Origin: Phycisphaerae bacterium
GTDB taxonomy: Bacteria; Planctomycetota; Phycisphaerae; UBA1845
Length of the DNA stretch: 64,000 nucleotides
Reading direction: 5' to 3'
Assembly (NCBI GenBank): GCA_963666835.2
Contig: CAXXGO010000003.1
Location: forward strand, 512,001-576,000
This document shows positions 1 to 10,531 of the stretch, piece after piece (position 1 is the stretch's first letter; every line of letters starts with the position of its first letter). The notes below the pieces were generated by a model. That model was given only the letters and a program-made list of their open reading frames with translations. It did no database searches and was not told the origin of the DNA. A program made the translations under genes and the position numbers.

Positions 1-2606
1 ACTGGGATGTTGTGGAGGGTCAGGGTGTACGACGTGCCCTCCGAAGTGTTATATGTGGCGGTCACCTCAATGACCTTCCGACCATCCGCGGACATGAGAC
101 CGGATATGGACTGACCCGGGTAGTTCGGGTCGGTGAGCGTGAAAGTGGCACCGGTCCAGATCGGCTCCCCGACCAGGGTCCAAGTGGGCATCCACCAGTA
201 GTAGTCCGGACCTACGTGGCCCTCCCACTCAGCCCATTCGCAGTTTCGCGAGGCCCATATGGCCCAACCGCCGAGGTCCGCCGACACGTCGATCGAGCGG
301 GCTTTCTTGACGTACGGGAGAATGGAATCGCCGGGGTCTTCCTCAACCGTAATAAGCACGGAAGTATCCAGGCTCGCCGTGTCGGCGCTCCCGCTGGCAA
401 TCTGGAGGTTCAACCATGCGGAACCCTCTGAGACGCCGGTAATCGACAAAGTGCCATTGGGGTACGTGCCGAACGGGGCAAACGCGGCAACGTCCGCCTT
501 GTCGATCGTAAACGTGCCCGGGTTGATCAACGTCAAATCCGGCTCAGTTGCGCGAGAGTCCAGCGGATTCGTGCTCATTGAAAACGTACCATAGATATGC
601 AAATCGCTTAGGGTCTCCCCCTTCTTCAACACCAGTTCGGTAGTCGCGGTGCCACGCGAAGTGCCAACGGTTATACCGTCCACCGCATTGAACGCGAGAT
701 TATCGATCGTAGCCGGTTCGGTGCCGGCAGCCGACCCCTCGGAGAATCCATGCACCTTGACAACCAACGACTGCGTTCCGCGCGCGGACGTGAAGCGGTA
801 GTTCGCCCACCTTCCGTCGACCGTTACCGGTTCCAGGACGCCTGCGCCGGAGGAACCATCGCCGACGATCAAGTCGGTAATCCGCGCCCCCAGCCATGCG
901 GTTCCTTTGTTACCCTCGGTGGTAACGGGAGCGCCCATCGCCACGGCCCGCGAATAGTAGGTGGGCGTCTCCGCTTCACGAACCGCAATCATCGTGCCGA
1001 CATCAAAGACGATATGATCGCCGCGCCGCACCGGTCCATCGTTGAGAATGGTTATGCTCTTGACGGCGTATCCCGTTCCGAACCAGTCAGTCGACAGCCC
1101 GATGTCGATACCGTCAGGGAGATCTTCCACCGACCGCAGTATCGGGTAGGACCGGTACGCAGAGAAGTCCCCGTTCTTGAGCCGCTTCAGCATTATAAGG
1201 TAGTTTTCCTTCTGCTGCTGCCAATTGTGGATTTGATCCAACGCCGCCCCAATCGCGTCGGAGGCGTGGTCGGCCCCGGGAACGATCTCGGCCGCTAGTT
1301 GAACAAAGCCCCACCCGACGGACGTCACCCCCCAGAAGGTCGACTTCGTGCGGCCGTTCTCGTAGTCGTCCGCAGTTTCCTTCGCGCTGACCACCATATC
1401 GCCCACCGTATACCACCAGGAAAGCGCGTCCCCTGTAACCGGTTTGGCTCCGATAGCGGAACCATAGGTATCCAGGGCAAGCTTGCCCGTATCCAACGTC
1501 GCCGTCATAAGCTCGCTATTGAACCGCTCGTTCACTTCCTGCCAAGTGTACATACCGCTGGCGTTTTGGACACGGGCGGTAAGAACTCCGTGCTTCTCAG
1601 CCACAGCCAGGGCGACGAGCTCATCGGGGTAAAGATTCCGGATCTTCCAGCTTCCATCGTGCAGGATCATCCAAAAAAGCGTCCCGGCCTCCTGGGTATC
1701 GGACACGCCATCTGCCGTGACCGTCATGGTGTGCCGACAGCGCACCAACGCCGACGTCCGCTCGGCATCATAGCCCGTAGCCAGATGGGTGAAGGAGTGG
1801 TCCGAGAGGGTAGCCCGATCGCGAATGACGTTCAGAGCCGCCTTCGATTCGGCAATGTCATCATCTGACATGAGGTGGAGGGCACAGAGGTCGAGCATAC
1901 CTTCCGTATCGCCCGCCACCTGCCTTTCGAAGAACTGTTCGGCAACCGCTTCCGGCGTGGATTCATCAACGTCATCCGGGTCGTCACCCCCGTCATCGTC
2001 CGCGTCGTTATCCGAATCGTCGTCCGCAAGATCGTCCGCGTCATCATTCGCGTCGTCTGCAGGATCGTCCGCGTCATCATCCGCGGTGTCGTCATCGCCG
2101 AGAGCTGACGCCATAATGCTGCAGATGCCGGCGTCACCTGAGGCGGAGTTGCAGGACCAGGTGGAGGGATCCGAATCTTCCACCGTATAGGTCCCCGCCG
2201 GAAGCTCGATGTTTGGCGTGCAGACCCAATAGAGGTTGGCGGGAGTGCCTTCCGATGGCTGGCCGGTACAGTTCCACGTGCCAACCAGGTTCCCGTTTGC
2301 GTCGCGTATGCTCACCGTACCGGGGGCGGCGGTACCCGCCCCCCCGTTCCAATGGTACGTTTCGATGGAGGCGATGCTCCGCGATTGCGTGATGGTGAAC
2401 TGCGTGGCCGCGGTGGGCCCGTTCCGCACGCCCTCAGAGTTGTTATTATCGAAGATCGAAACCGCCACGGGCCGACCACTCGAATCGTCACCGTCGTCGC
2501 CATCTTGGACAGGCGTAGTGGGTGTCGCACATCCACCTGCGAAAAGTGCCATCGACGTGCCGATCAAAACAACGACCACCGAGTGAAATGTGATTCTCTT
2601 CAACAT
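1..2606 (-). CDS. Large secreted lipoprotein of unknown function (3'-truncated by the window edge), with an Asp-rich linker
   Basis: Absent from the ORF track because there is no stop in the window. Manual translation from ATG at 2606 (AGGAGG RBS upstream) reads open to base 1: MLKRITFHSVVVVLIGTSMALFAGGC (lipobox), a small beta-rich domain, an Asp-rich tract at about 1965-2100, an NTF2-like segment, then beta-rich domains. Confidence 0.85.
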   Translation of the reverse strand, partial: MLKRITFHSVVVVLIGTSMALFAGGCATPTTPVQDGDDGDDSSGRPVAVSIFDNNNSEGVRNGPTAATQFTITQSRSIASIETYHWNGGAGTAAPGTVSIRDANGNLVGTWNCTGQPSEGTPANLYWVCTPNIELPAGTYTVEDSDPSTWSCNSASGDAGICSIMASALGDDDTADDDADDPADDANDDADDLADDDSDNDADDDGGDDPDDVDESTPEAVAEQFFERQVAGDTEGMLDLCALHLMSDDDIAESKAALNVIRDRATLSDHSFTHLATGYDAERTSALVRCRHTMTVTADGVSDTQEAGTLFWMILHDGSWKIRNLYPDELVALAVAEKHGVLTARVQNASGMYTWQEVNERFNSELMTATLDTGKLALDTYGSAIGAKPVTGDALSWWYTVGDMVVSAKETADDYENGRTKSTFWGVTSVGWGFVQLAAEIVPGADHASDAIGAALDQIHNWQQQKENYLIMLKRLKNGDFSAYRSYPILRSVEDLPDGIDIGLSTDWFGTGYAVKSITILNDGPVRRGDHIVFDVGTMIAVREAETPTYYSRAVAMGAPVTTEGNKGTAWLGARITDLIVGDGSSGAGVLEPVTVDGRWANYRFTSARGTQSLVVKVHGFSEGSAAGTEPATIDNLAFNAVDGITVGTSRGTATTELVLKKGETLSDLHIYGTFSMSTNPLDSRATEPDLTLINPGTFTIDKADVAAFAPFGTYPNGTLSITGVSEGSAWLNLQIASGSADTASLDTSVLITVEEDPGDSILPYVKKARSIDVSADLGGWAIWASRNCEWAEWEGHVGPDYYWWMPTWTLVGEPIWTGATFTLTDPNYPGQSISGLMSADGRKVIEVTATYNTSEGTSYTLTLHNIP

Positions 2607-3157
2607 TATGTGCCCCTCCTATGGACTGGGGAGCCGCAAGGACGTACGTATCCCGGTGCGGCATGCCGGCAGCCCGGTCTGGCCTCAGTATATGGCGCGC
2701 CCGGTTGTGCATCAAGGTGAAATCAGTTCGTGAAGCCGAAATCTGGTCTTCACGCCCGCATCATCCAGCAACTCGCACCCGTGATCCCAGGGTCGGTAAC
2801 CGCCTCCTGGCGCAAACCTGGAAACGCGGTCTATCGAATCACAACACAGCCGCTGAATGGCGACCGCACGTCCAATGGTACTGTCCAACCTCTGCGGGGC
2901 AGCGGGCGAGAATACCCCGCGATCTTGCGAATGGGTGTGACTGTGGAAGCTCGGATCCAATACACCTCCACCATGCAGAGCAGCTCCGCAGCCGGTAACG
3001 GAACTGGTATTCGCGGACCTTAACGCCCAGACCGGAATGGTCCTTACGCAACGCCGCCCGTCCCCGTATGAAACGAGAGTATTATCGGAGGATCGTCAGA
3101 AGCGGTGACGAGCCTGCGTCGGCACACACAACCGCGCATGCAGCCTGCGCCCACGCG

Positions 3158-4105
3158 CTATGATACCGGTTTGTCATAGGGGTGGTCGTCTCTCGGGCTC
3201 CCATCATTGCCGACAATTCCAACGCCGTAGTAGGACTCGGCTCGGAACCCGGCTTGGCGGATCAGGTTGGCAATGCGGTCCACGGACGAGTCGGGTAACG
3301 CCGCTACATGCTCCTCCGCCGGTCGCCGGGCGACGGTGTACACCTGCACATGGTCGACTCGCCCGCCGTCCTGAGTTATAGCGTTCAACCGCCCAAGATA
3401 AGCGGACAACTCCGCTTTGTCCGGCTCCACGCCGTCAAGTCGCGCGAACAGTGATTGAATAACGATAGGTCTGATCCGCGCGGCGGCGGTGATATTGGCC
3501 ACGATCTCGGCCAGGGTTATTGACGCGCGATTAACCTTGCGGAAGTACTCTTCCGTTCCAGCATCGAGCTTAGCCCATATTTGTCCGTTGTTGCGGTCCA
3601 TCACCGCGAGGCCGGCAACCACTTTCGGGTCGCTCAGGTGCCCGGCATTCGTTATCAACACGATCTTCGTATCTGTCCAGCCGGCTGCGCACCGCACCTC
3701 GGCTACTACATCAACGCATTCGGCAAACCTAGGACACTTGGTGGGTTCGGCATTGCCCGAGAAAGCGAAGTCGTTGACCGATCGGCGGTTTCGAGGGACA
3801 TCCGCGAAGGCCGGGGCCTTCCACAGGGCACCACTCTGCACGGCAACTACGATATCGTAAAGCTCTCGGCGGAGCCCGTCGGGATCCACCGCATCACTTT
3901 GCGCCTTCCGCGATCTGTCGACCTGGCAGTAAACACAGTTAAAGTCGCAAACCGCGGCCGGACTGAGGTTCACCCCGATGCTGAGTCCGCCACTGCGCCG
4001 CGAAATCACCGGATAGACGTATTGATTGTCGCACCAGTCGCGCGGATGGCTGCCATAGTGGCGTAACGACGGGTCGCGTGATTCATCGGTAGGCACGTTG
4101 TCCAA
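3158..4105 (-). CDS. Radical SAM Fe-S protein (TYW1/COG0731-like)
   Basis: CDFNCVYC (CxxxCxxC) motif, YVYPVISRRSGGLSIGVNL N-terminus, FSGNAEPT, KLDAGT. Confidence 0.9.
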   Translation of the reverse strand: MDNVPTDESRDPSLRHYGSHPRDWCDNQYVYPVISRRSGGLSIGVNLSPAAVCDFNCVYCQVDRSRKAQSDAVDPDGLRRELYDIVVAVQSGALWKAPAFADVPRNRRSVNDFAFSGNAEPTKCPRFAECVDVVAEVRCAAGWTDTKIVLITNAGHLSDPKVVAGLAVMDRNNGQIWAKLDAGTEEYFRKVNRASITLAEIVANITAAARIRPIVIQSLFARLDGVEPDKAELSAYLGRLNAITQDGGRVDHVQVYTVARRPAEEHVAALPDSSVDRIANLIRQAGFRAESYYGVGIVGNDGSPRDDHPYDKPVS

Positions 4106-4133
4106 CTAGTCCCGCAAGCGGTAATGTCCGCCC

Positions 4134-5807
4134 TTACTCGGTGGTCACGACGACGTTGTCATACTCCAGCAACGTCCCCTTGGCTCTTTCGAGCGCCACA
4201 ATCGCCATGTTGTAGTTGGTCAATATCTGAAGCATGGCCCGGCGCGTCTCGGCCAGGCTCCGGCGGGCGCTCAATTCGCTGTTGAGCGTGTTGATGTCCT
4301 TCCGCTCCGCCCGCGCCACAATGGACTCGACCTCGCGTTCCCGCGCCTCGGCCGACTCCAAACTCGGAGCGATCTGCTCATGCGACGTATTCAGCGCCCG
4401 GACGGCCTGATTTACTTCGAGAATGGTCTGCTCGATCTGCGTTTTCAGGGCAACCTTGGCTTGAGCGTACTCCAGCTCGCTCCGGCGTCTTACGGCGCGC
4501 GGACTGCGATTTCCGATCGGCACTTCAAACTGAACACCCACCACGTACGTCGTATAGTTGTGCCCGGAGACCTCATCAAACGACCGATCGGCCGTCCCCG
4601 CCAGCCCGGTAATTCGGTAAGTGAGCGACAGGTCAAGCTGCGGCAACTCGGCGTTGCGACTCTGCCCCACCTGGATCTTCGCATTCGCTATCTGCAGTTC
4701 CCCCTCGCGTATCTCCGGCCGGTTGTCCAACGCGGTTTGGGCCTCGGCGACGCGGTCCACGACAATCCTGGAAAGCGAAGGAAAATCCTCCGTGATAATC
4801 TCGATGTCATCGGCCAGGTTGATCTCCGGATCGTTCATCAGGGCAATCAGGTTGTCTTCGGCGTCGAACACCGCCGCCCGGGTCTGCACGAACTCCGCCC
4901 TACTCTGCTCCAGGTTGGCCTTGGTCGCCGCGAGCTGGACCGGGGTCACGTCAAACGATTGACGGGCCACCAGGTAATCGTAGATCCCCTCGAAATCCGC
5001 CAGGAGCCTCGCCGCAATCACCACCTCTCGCCGGGCCGACATCAACTCCCAGTAGAGCCTCTCCGCCTCCACCAGTGTGTCACGTATCTGACGCTGAAAC
5101 GCCAGATCGCTGATGCTGCGGTTATTCTTGCGCACATGGATCATCGACCTGTTCACGTCAATTCCAAATCCGCGCAACAACGGCTGCCGTAACTCCAACG
5201 CCAGATTGCTGGTATAGGCCGGATTGATCTCCTGGTATGACAGCGACGATTTTTCGCGTCTGAGGTTGTAGTAGGCCGAGATCTGCGCTCCGGTCGGCAA
5301 TAACTTGCGCACGCCACCGGTCAAGTCGAAGGAGTCCGACTCGTTGGCGTAAAGCTGAGAGGCCGTGGGCTGATCCACCTTGTTCTTGGTGAAGTCGGAG
5401 AAAAGGACCGCATCAAACGCCGCCTCCGCTTCGACCACCCGCGTGGCCTCGACCGCCGGATTGAAACTCTGCACCTCGATCGCATAGCTGTTGGCCAAGG
5501 TCCGCTGCAGCACATCCTGCAGGCTCAACCGCAGTTGTTGAGGACGGCGAATGCTGTCCACCCGCTCGTCCACCCGCTTCAGGTTATCAGCGGTGACCGT
5601 ATCGCCGTCACGGCGTGCCTGCTCCAGCCGTTGGGCTCCTTCTTGGCGGTGGAGATCCGGGTCTGGCACATGCCCCTTCACTCGATCAACCGAAACCACA
5701 AGCCCTTCGTCGGCCGCCGCTTCAGCGCCGGATTGCCCGTGAGCCGAAACGGGGATTGAAACCGCCACAAAGAACGCAATTGTGCAGATCGTTCGGTATC
5801 CCAGCAT
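4134..5807 (-). CDS. TolC-family outer membrane efflux protein
   Basis: Signal peptide; LSLQDVLQRTLANS, LRQPLLRGFG, ALDNRPEI, LPQLDLS, VGVQFEVPIGNR, LERAKGTLL are OEP-type repeat motifs. Confidence 0.9.
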   Translation of the reverse strand: MLGYRTICTIAFFVAVSIPVSAHGQSGAEAAADEGLVVSVDRVKGHVPDPDLHRQEGAQRLEQARRDGDTVTADNLKRVDERVDSIRRPQQLRLSLQDVLQRTLANSYAIEVQSFNPAVEATRVVEAEAAFDAVLFSDFTKNKVDQPTASQLYANESDSFDLTGGVRKLLPTGAQISAYYNLRREKSSLSYQEINPAYTSNLALELRQPLLRGFGIDVNRSMIHVRKNNRSISDLAFQRQIRDTLVEAERLYWELMSARREVVIAARLLADFEGIYDYLVARQSFDVTPVQLAATKANLEQSRAEFVQTRAAVFDAEDNLIALMNDPEINLADDIEIITEDFPSLSRIVVDRVAEAQTALDNRPEIREGELQIANAKIQVGQSRNAELPQLDLSLTYRITGLAGTADRSFDEVSGHNYTTYVVGVQFEVPIGNRSPRAVRRRSELEYAQAKVALKTQIEQTILEVNQAVRALNTSHEQIAPSLESAEAREREVESIVARAERKDINTLNSELSARRSLAETRRAMLQILTNYNMAIVALERAKGTLLEYDNVVVTTE

Positions 5808-6110
5808 GATCAGGTGGAGTCCCTATCGCGGATGATGTCCAAGACAACAAGGCCGAACAAAAGCCACCCTTGCTGCGATTGCGCTTCAACTCTTGCGGAC
5901 GCCCGCGCCGCGCCGCGCAACGCCCGTCGGAGCGGTATTATCGTACCAACGGGTCGCCGAACCCGTCAATCGGGCTAATCTCGGACCATCCCGGCACACA
6001 ACTTCCGACGGGGCTGCGAAGAGGCTGCTCACGGCACCTGGATGATAAGCGGCCTGTTTGCTATCATAATCTGCGGGCTTAAACACGAAATGCGAAGAGG
6101 AACGCCCATC

Positions 6111-6923
6111 GTGACACGATCGAGGGAATCCCGGCCGGAGGAATCGGGTGGATTGGCAATTGTGCGCGACTTCTTCGTCCAGCCCGGAAGGGAAATCTTG
6201 GCCTGCCTCGAACCGATCATGTCCGTTCGAAACCCGTTGCGGGCGATGGGGCCCATGCTGATAGCCATGGTGGTCTGCTGGTTCGTCTATGTCCCAATCC
6301 ACGAGTTGCTCCACTGTGCCGGCTGCGAGGTAACCGGGGGAGATGTCTCGCGGCTCGAGGTGGCACCGCGCTACGGGGCTGCCTTGCTGGCTAAGATCTT
6401 CCCGTTTGTCGTGTCGGGCAGCGACTACGCCGGGCAGTTGACTGGTTTTGACACGAAAGGCAGCGATCTTATCTACCTTGCCACAGACTTCGGCCCGTTC
6501 GTGCTGACGGTTCTGCTCGGCGTGCCCCTGATTCGGCTATGCACGCATCGCCGCCGACCGATCCTCTTCGGCATTGCCGTCGTGCTCGGACTGGCTTCGT
6601 TCTACAATATCCCGGGGGATTACTTCGAGATGGGCTCGATCATCACCACTCGGGTAGCGACGTTCGTCTCCGGCGCCGGCCCGGAGCCCATCTTCGCGGG
6701 CATCCGTTCAGACGATGTGTTCACTCTGCTTTCGGATATGGTCGCCGACCCGGCCAAGGTCGGCCTCCATGGCTGGAAGCAGATATCCATTGGTTCTGCG
6801 CTTGTTCTCGTCTCGTTGGTTGTAGACGTGTTCCTGGCTTTCGCAACTTACTTCCTGGGCAGTATCGTGGCCAACGTCGTAATCCGACCAGCCACGGTCC
6901 GCACCGCCCCCGCTGCAACCTGA
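6111..6923 (+). CDS. Integral membrane protein with HExxH motif (M50/zincin-like metalloprotease-like)
   Basis: Several hydrophobic helices; YVPIHELLHC at the end of TM1; GTG 6111 follows GAGGAA (start uncertain, ORF open from 6042). Confidence 0.65.
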   Translation: MTRSRESRPEESGGLAIVRDFFVQPGREILACLEPIMSVRNPLRAMGPMLIAMVVCWFVYVPIHELLHCAGCEVTGGDVSRLEVAPRYGAALLAKIFPFVVSGSDYAGQLTGFDTKGSDLIYLATDFGPFVLTVLLGVPLIRLCTHRRRPILFGIAVVLGLASFYNIPGDYFEMGSIITTRVATFVSGAGPEPIFAGIRSDDVFTLLSDMVADPAKVGLHGWKQISIGSALVLVSLVVDVFLAFATYFLGSIVANVVIRPATVRTAPAAT

Positions 6924-6925
6924 TC

Positions 6926-6944
6926 GCTCCGCTCGGAGCTTTTT
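6926..6944 (+). terminator. Short hairpin + T-tract, possible intrinsic terminator
   Basis: GCTCC-GCTC-GGAGC-TTTTT immediately after the stop at 6923. Confidence 0.45.
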
Positions 6945-7179
6945 CGCACCAAGACTATTCCTCGCCCCTGGGTCGCCCGTCACCCGTACATACTGTCCAG
7001 CAATCAAGCCCCAATACAAATGGCTGCTCCACTGCAATCCGGACCGTCAATTCGGTTACTCTACATGGGCGTACAATTACTGTCGATCAACTATTGGCAG
7101 ACTGCGATTTACATCTAGCCACGAGCCTTCCCGGACTGTAGGATGCGGTTCTGGACCAGTCGGAACGAATAGGAGGTCG

Positions 7180-7647
7180 TTGGCCGTGCCCGAGTCCCAA
7201 CAGACAATGGATGCCATGGCGGAGGAGGTTTTCGAGCTGTACCGAGTGATCGCCCTCGCGCGCTCGCGGCGGCCGGCCGGGCCCGACGACTTATCCGAAA
7301 CCGAGTTCGTCACCCTGGACGCACTCGCCAAGGAGGAACCACTGACCATCGGTGACGTCCAGAAGCGCGTCGGCGTCGTGCCGGCCCAGATGTCCAGGGT
7401 GGTTCGGGCAATGGAGGAGCAGGGAGGCAAAGGGTACATCCGCTGCGCGATAAACGCCACGGACCGGCGGAGAATCGATCTGTCGCTGACCGAAGCCGGC
7501 CGCGAGGCTTACGAGAAGTTTCGCTCGGTGCGACTTGCGAGCATGCATCACGTCCTCAAGGTGCTGGCTCCCGAGGACAGGCTGAACTTCATGAGGATGA
7601 TGCGACAACTCCGGTCGTCATTCGAAGAGAAGCTCAGCGGGTCATAG
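7180..7647 (+). CDS. MarR-family transcriptional regulator
   Basis: LSETEFVTLDAL, wHTH MSRVVRAME, DRRRIDLSLTEAG; AGGAGG RBS. Confidence 0.92.
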   Translation: MAVPESQQTMDAMAEEVFELYRVIALARSRRPAGPDDLSETEFVTLDALAKEEPLTIGDVQKRVGVVPAQMSRVVRAMEEQGGKGYIRCAINATDRRRIDLSLTEAGREAYEKFRSVRLASMHHVLKVLAPEDRLNFMRMMRQLRSSFEEKLSGS

Positions 7648-7704
7648 TCCCGCACCGGCGTGTGACGCCCTTTCGCCTCTGAATATCATCCGCCGGATTC
7701 GCAG

Positions 7705-10377
7705 CTACTCAACCCACACTCTGGCCAGGTCGGTATCAACGGGATCCTCCAGCCCGCGCAGGTGCTTGATGTAATCGATCAACTCCTCTTCCGACCGCTC
7801 CGCCATCTCCAGACGCAATCGCAGATCTTCGAGGTTGGGATACTCCTTCAGACCGTTCCGCCATGTCTCGACCGCCTTGGCCATGCTCTCTTCGTAGCCA
7901 CTTTCCCGGTTCTTTACGTAAGAATCCCCCAGGCCAACAAAGCCGAATCCGAAATACTCTCGCTGCTTCTCGGCGGGTAGTGATCTTTGTAGTTCGATCA
8001 GTTCCGTGAAGTCCTTGATCGCCAGTGGAGCGTGGTTCAGCTTTCGCGGCCAGTGCAGGTGGTTCATTCCGCGGATGAACTTCGCCGTCCAACAGCCGGG
8101 GTCGAGTTCGAGAATGATATCCAGCTCCGCCAGAGACCGGTTGGATAGCTTGCCCTGGCTTACGATGCCGAGCTTGGGGTACGGCATTTTGTCTACGTAA
8201 GCCAAGGCCTTGTTGAGCCTGGGCATGGTCTTTTTCGGATGCTGTTCAACCAGATCCTCAAAGAACCGAATCGAACGATCGAAGTAACGATGGCCGTACC
8301 GGCGGACGAGCATTCGGTATGTATTGGCATACAACATTGCGTCAGGGTCCAGTTGAATCGCCTTCTCCAGCTCGCCCAGAGCAGCACTCCGCCGACCACG
8401 TTTATCCAACAACATCGCAAACTCATAACGCCGCGCCGGATCACTCGGGTCCGTAAGGACGCTCTGTTTGAGGTCCAGGTACTCCTTCTTGAAGGCGGCT
8501 TGCTCTTCCCAACTCAGGTCCGGCTCTCCGGTATCGGCGGCCGCGGTAGATTCTTTCTCGCGTTCGCGCTCGAGCTGATAGGCTTCGATTTGGGCCTCTT
8601 TAAACAGCCGCCGCTCTTCCAGGAACGCCTTAGGCGTGTTTTCGGTGTATTTGACAAGCTGATTCGGCTTGACGTTCTCGAAGCGTTCTACGAAACCGGT
8701 CGGCCATCGAATCTCAAGATAGTCGATCTTCTCGCGCTGCCCCAAGCCGAAATGCAACCGGTACGGACACTGGCTGTGATCACCGTTGCCCCCGTCGAGC
8801 TCGCGAATCTGCGAAAGACCCTCGGAGACAACCTTCACTCGGGTGCCGATCGCGTCGCGATTGCAGTTGGTCCCTTGAAGCTCAACCTGCAACCAGTGGT
8901 TCTTGTTCCCAACATCGTTCCGGTAGAACACGCTGTCTTGACCCTGGTTGGATATGTAGACATCCAGGTCACCATCATTGTCGTAATCGGCAATCGCCAA
9001 GCCCCGCCCGTCATGCGTATCCGCCAGCCCCAAGCTCTCGGCCACCTCGGTGAAGACCTCGTTTCCCTCGTTACGCCAAACCCGCGATGGCTCATAGCCG
9101 GAGAATGTGGAATCGCCCATCATCGGCCAGTTCTGAGCTTCGATCGGGTCGAAGCCGGGTTTGGTCACCGATGTGGCCAGCTTCGTGAAATACTCGTCCT
9201 TGGGGTCCCCGGAGATGTAGCCGTTTGCTACGATGATGTCGAGATCACCGTCGTTATCGTAATCCCAGAACCGCCCGGCCCAGCACCAGCCGGCGTCATA
9301 CACGTTGGCTTCAAAGGAGATGTCGCTGAAAGTGCCATCCCCCATGTTTCGATAGAGCTGATTACCTTCTTTCACGTACTCCTTCGTCCAGATGTTCGTG
9401 ACGTAAAGATCGAGCCAGCCATCGTTGTTGTAGTCGCCGAATTCGACGTTCATTCCCTTGTGAGTATCCCACCCGATAGCCTCATCGGTCACGTTCGTGA
9501 AGGTCCCGTCGGCATTCACCCGGTAGAACCGGTCTTGTCCGAAGTCGTTGGCGTTAACGAGATCCTGATCACCGTCGTTGTCGTAGTCCGCGGCCCCGCA
9601 ATCGAGGGTCCAGCCCGTATCGTCAACACCCATCTCCTTCCCGACTTCCGTGAAGGTCCCGTCCCGGTTGTTACGGTAGAGTACGTTCGGGCCGGCGTCG
9701 CGCGCCGTCTCGAAGTCCTCGTGCATCTGCCGCGAGTCTTCGAGGTTCCACAAGTCGACGTACCTAAAATAGTTCCCGATGTAGAGATCCAGATAGCCGT
9801 CATCGTTGTAGTCGAACCAGATTCCCGCGTTGCCGTTGCCCTTATCACCGACTCCGGCCTCGTTGGTAACGTCAGTAAACGTGCCGTCACCGTTGGCGCG
9901 ATACAGTATGTTCCATCCCCATTTTACGACGTAGAGGTCGAGATGACCGTCGTTGTTGTAATCGCCCCACACCAAGTCCATCGACGTTCCGTGCGTTTCG
10001 TTCGCCCGAGCGATCCCGGCCTTCTCGGCAACATCCGTGAACGTCCCGTCACCGTTGTTTCGCAGGAGGCGGTTCGGTTTCCCCAGTTGCGAGTTCGTCG
10101 CGCATATGTCGACGTTCCCATCCCGATCGTAGTCAACCGCCGTCGCGGACGCCCCGACGGAAGCCATCCACGGCATGATGCAATCGAGCTTCTTATCCAA
10201 CACAGGCTTGTAATGGCGGTGCCGAACGCCGGCTCGATCCGTAATGTCGACGAAGGCGGGACCACCGTCCTTCGCACCGGAATCCGCTTGGGCGACGCCA
10301 CAGAGCCCCCCCAATGTGACGGCCGCAAGGCACGTCGCCAAAACAGCGTAAGTGTTGCGCAATCGATGTCCGCTCAT
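7705..10377 (-). CDS. CRTAC1/ASPIC-UnbV FG-GAP repeat protein fused to a C-terminal TPR-like domain
   Basis: Signal peptide; many DYxNDGxLDLY/NGDGTFTDV repeats; ASPIC motif NRDAIGTRV...LHFGLG...IRWP; helical TPR-like C-terminus. ATG 10377 follows GAGAGGG. Confidence 0.88.
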   Translation of the reverse strand: MSGHRLRNTYAVLATCLAAVTLGGLCGVAQADSGAKDGGPAFVDITDRAGVRHRHYKPVLDKKLDCIMPWMASVGASATAVDYDRDGNVDICATNSQLGKPNRLLRNNGDGTFTDVAEKAGIARANETHGTSMDLVWGDYNNDGHLDLYVVKWGWNILYRANGDGTFTDVTNEAGVGDKGNGNAGIWFDYNDDGYLDLYIGNYFRYVDLWNLEDSRQMHEDFETARDAGPNVLYRNNRDGTFTEVGKEMGVDDTGWTLDCGAADYDNDGDQDLVNANDFGQDRFYRVNADGTFTNVTDEAIGWDTHKGMNVEFGDYNNDGWLDLYVTNIWTKEYVKEGNQLYRNMGDGTFSDISFEANVYDAGWCWAGRFWDYDNDGDLDIIVANGYISGDPKDEYFTKLATSVTKPGFDPIEAQNWPMMGDSTFSGYEPSRVWRNEGNEVFTEVAESLGLADTHDGRGLAIADYDNDGDLDVYISNQGQDSVFYRNDVGNKNHWLQVELQGTNCNRDAIGTRVKVVSEGLSQIRELDGGNGDHSQCPYRLHFGLGQREKIDYLEIRWPTGFVERFENVKPNQLVKYTENTPKAFLEERRLFKEAQIEAYQLEREREKESTAAADTGEPDLSWEEQAAFKKEYLDLKQSVLTDPSDPARRYEFAMLLDKRGRRSAALGELEKAIQLDPDAMLYANTYRMLVRRYGHRYFDRSIRFFEDLVEQHPKKTMPRLNKALAYVDKMPYPKLGIVSQGKLSNRSLAELDIILELDPGCWTAKFIRGMNHLHWPRKLNHAPLAIKDFTELIELQRSLPAEKQREYFGFGFVGLGDSYVKNRESGYEESMAKAVETWRNGLKEYPNLEDLRLRLEMAERSEEELIDYIKHLRGLEDPVDTDLARVWVE

Positions 10378-10531
10378 GTTACGCCCTCTCTTCATCCACG
10401 CCCCGCGGTTCACCGCGCGAGGACTGCAAACTGCCTTGACCGGCCACGACCAAGATCCTAGATTGGAATGAACTTAAGGCTATTGATCCCCCTCACGGTC
10501 GTCAAGCCATTCGGGCCGGAGATGCTGTATC

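Noticed and set aside
12..2720. Numerous short ORFs listed in the track
   Set aside because: All overlap the single long minus-strand lipoprotein ORF starting at 2606
2607..3157. Long intergenic region as a possible riboswitch or ncRNA
   Set aside because: No recognisable conserved motif or convincing structure by eye; an Rfam scan would be needed
8239..10461. 740-aa plus-strand ORF
   Set aside because: Antisense shadow of the CRTAC1/ASPIC gene
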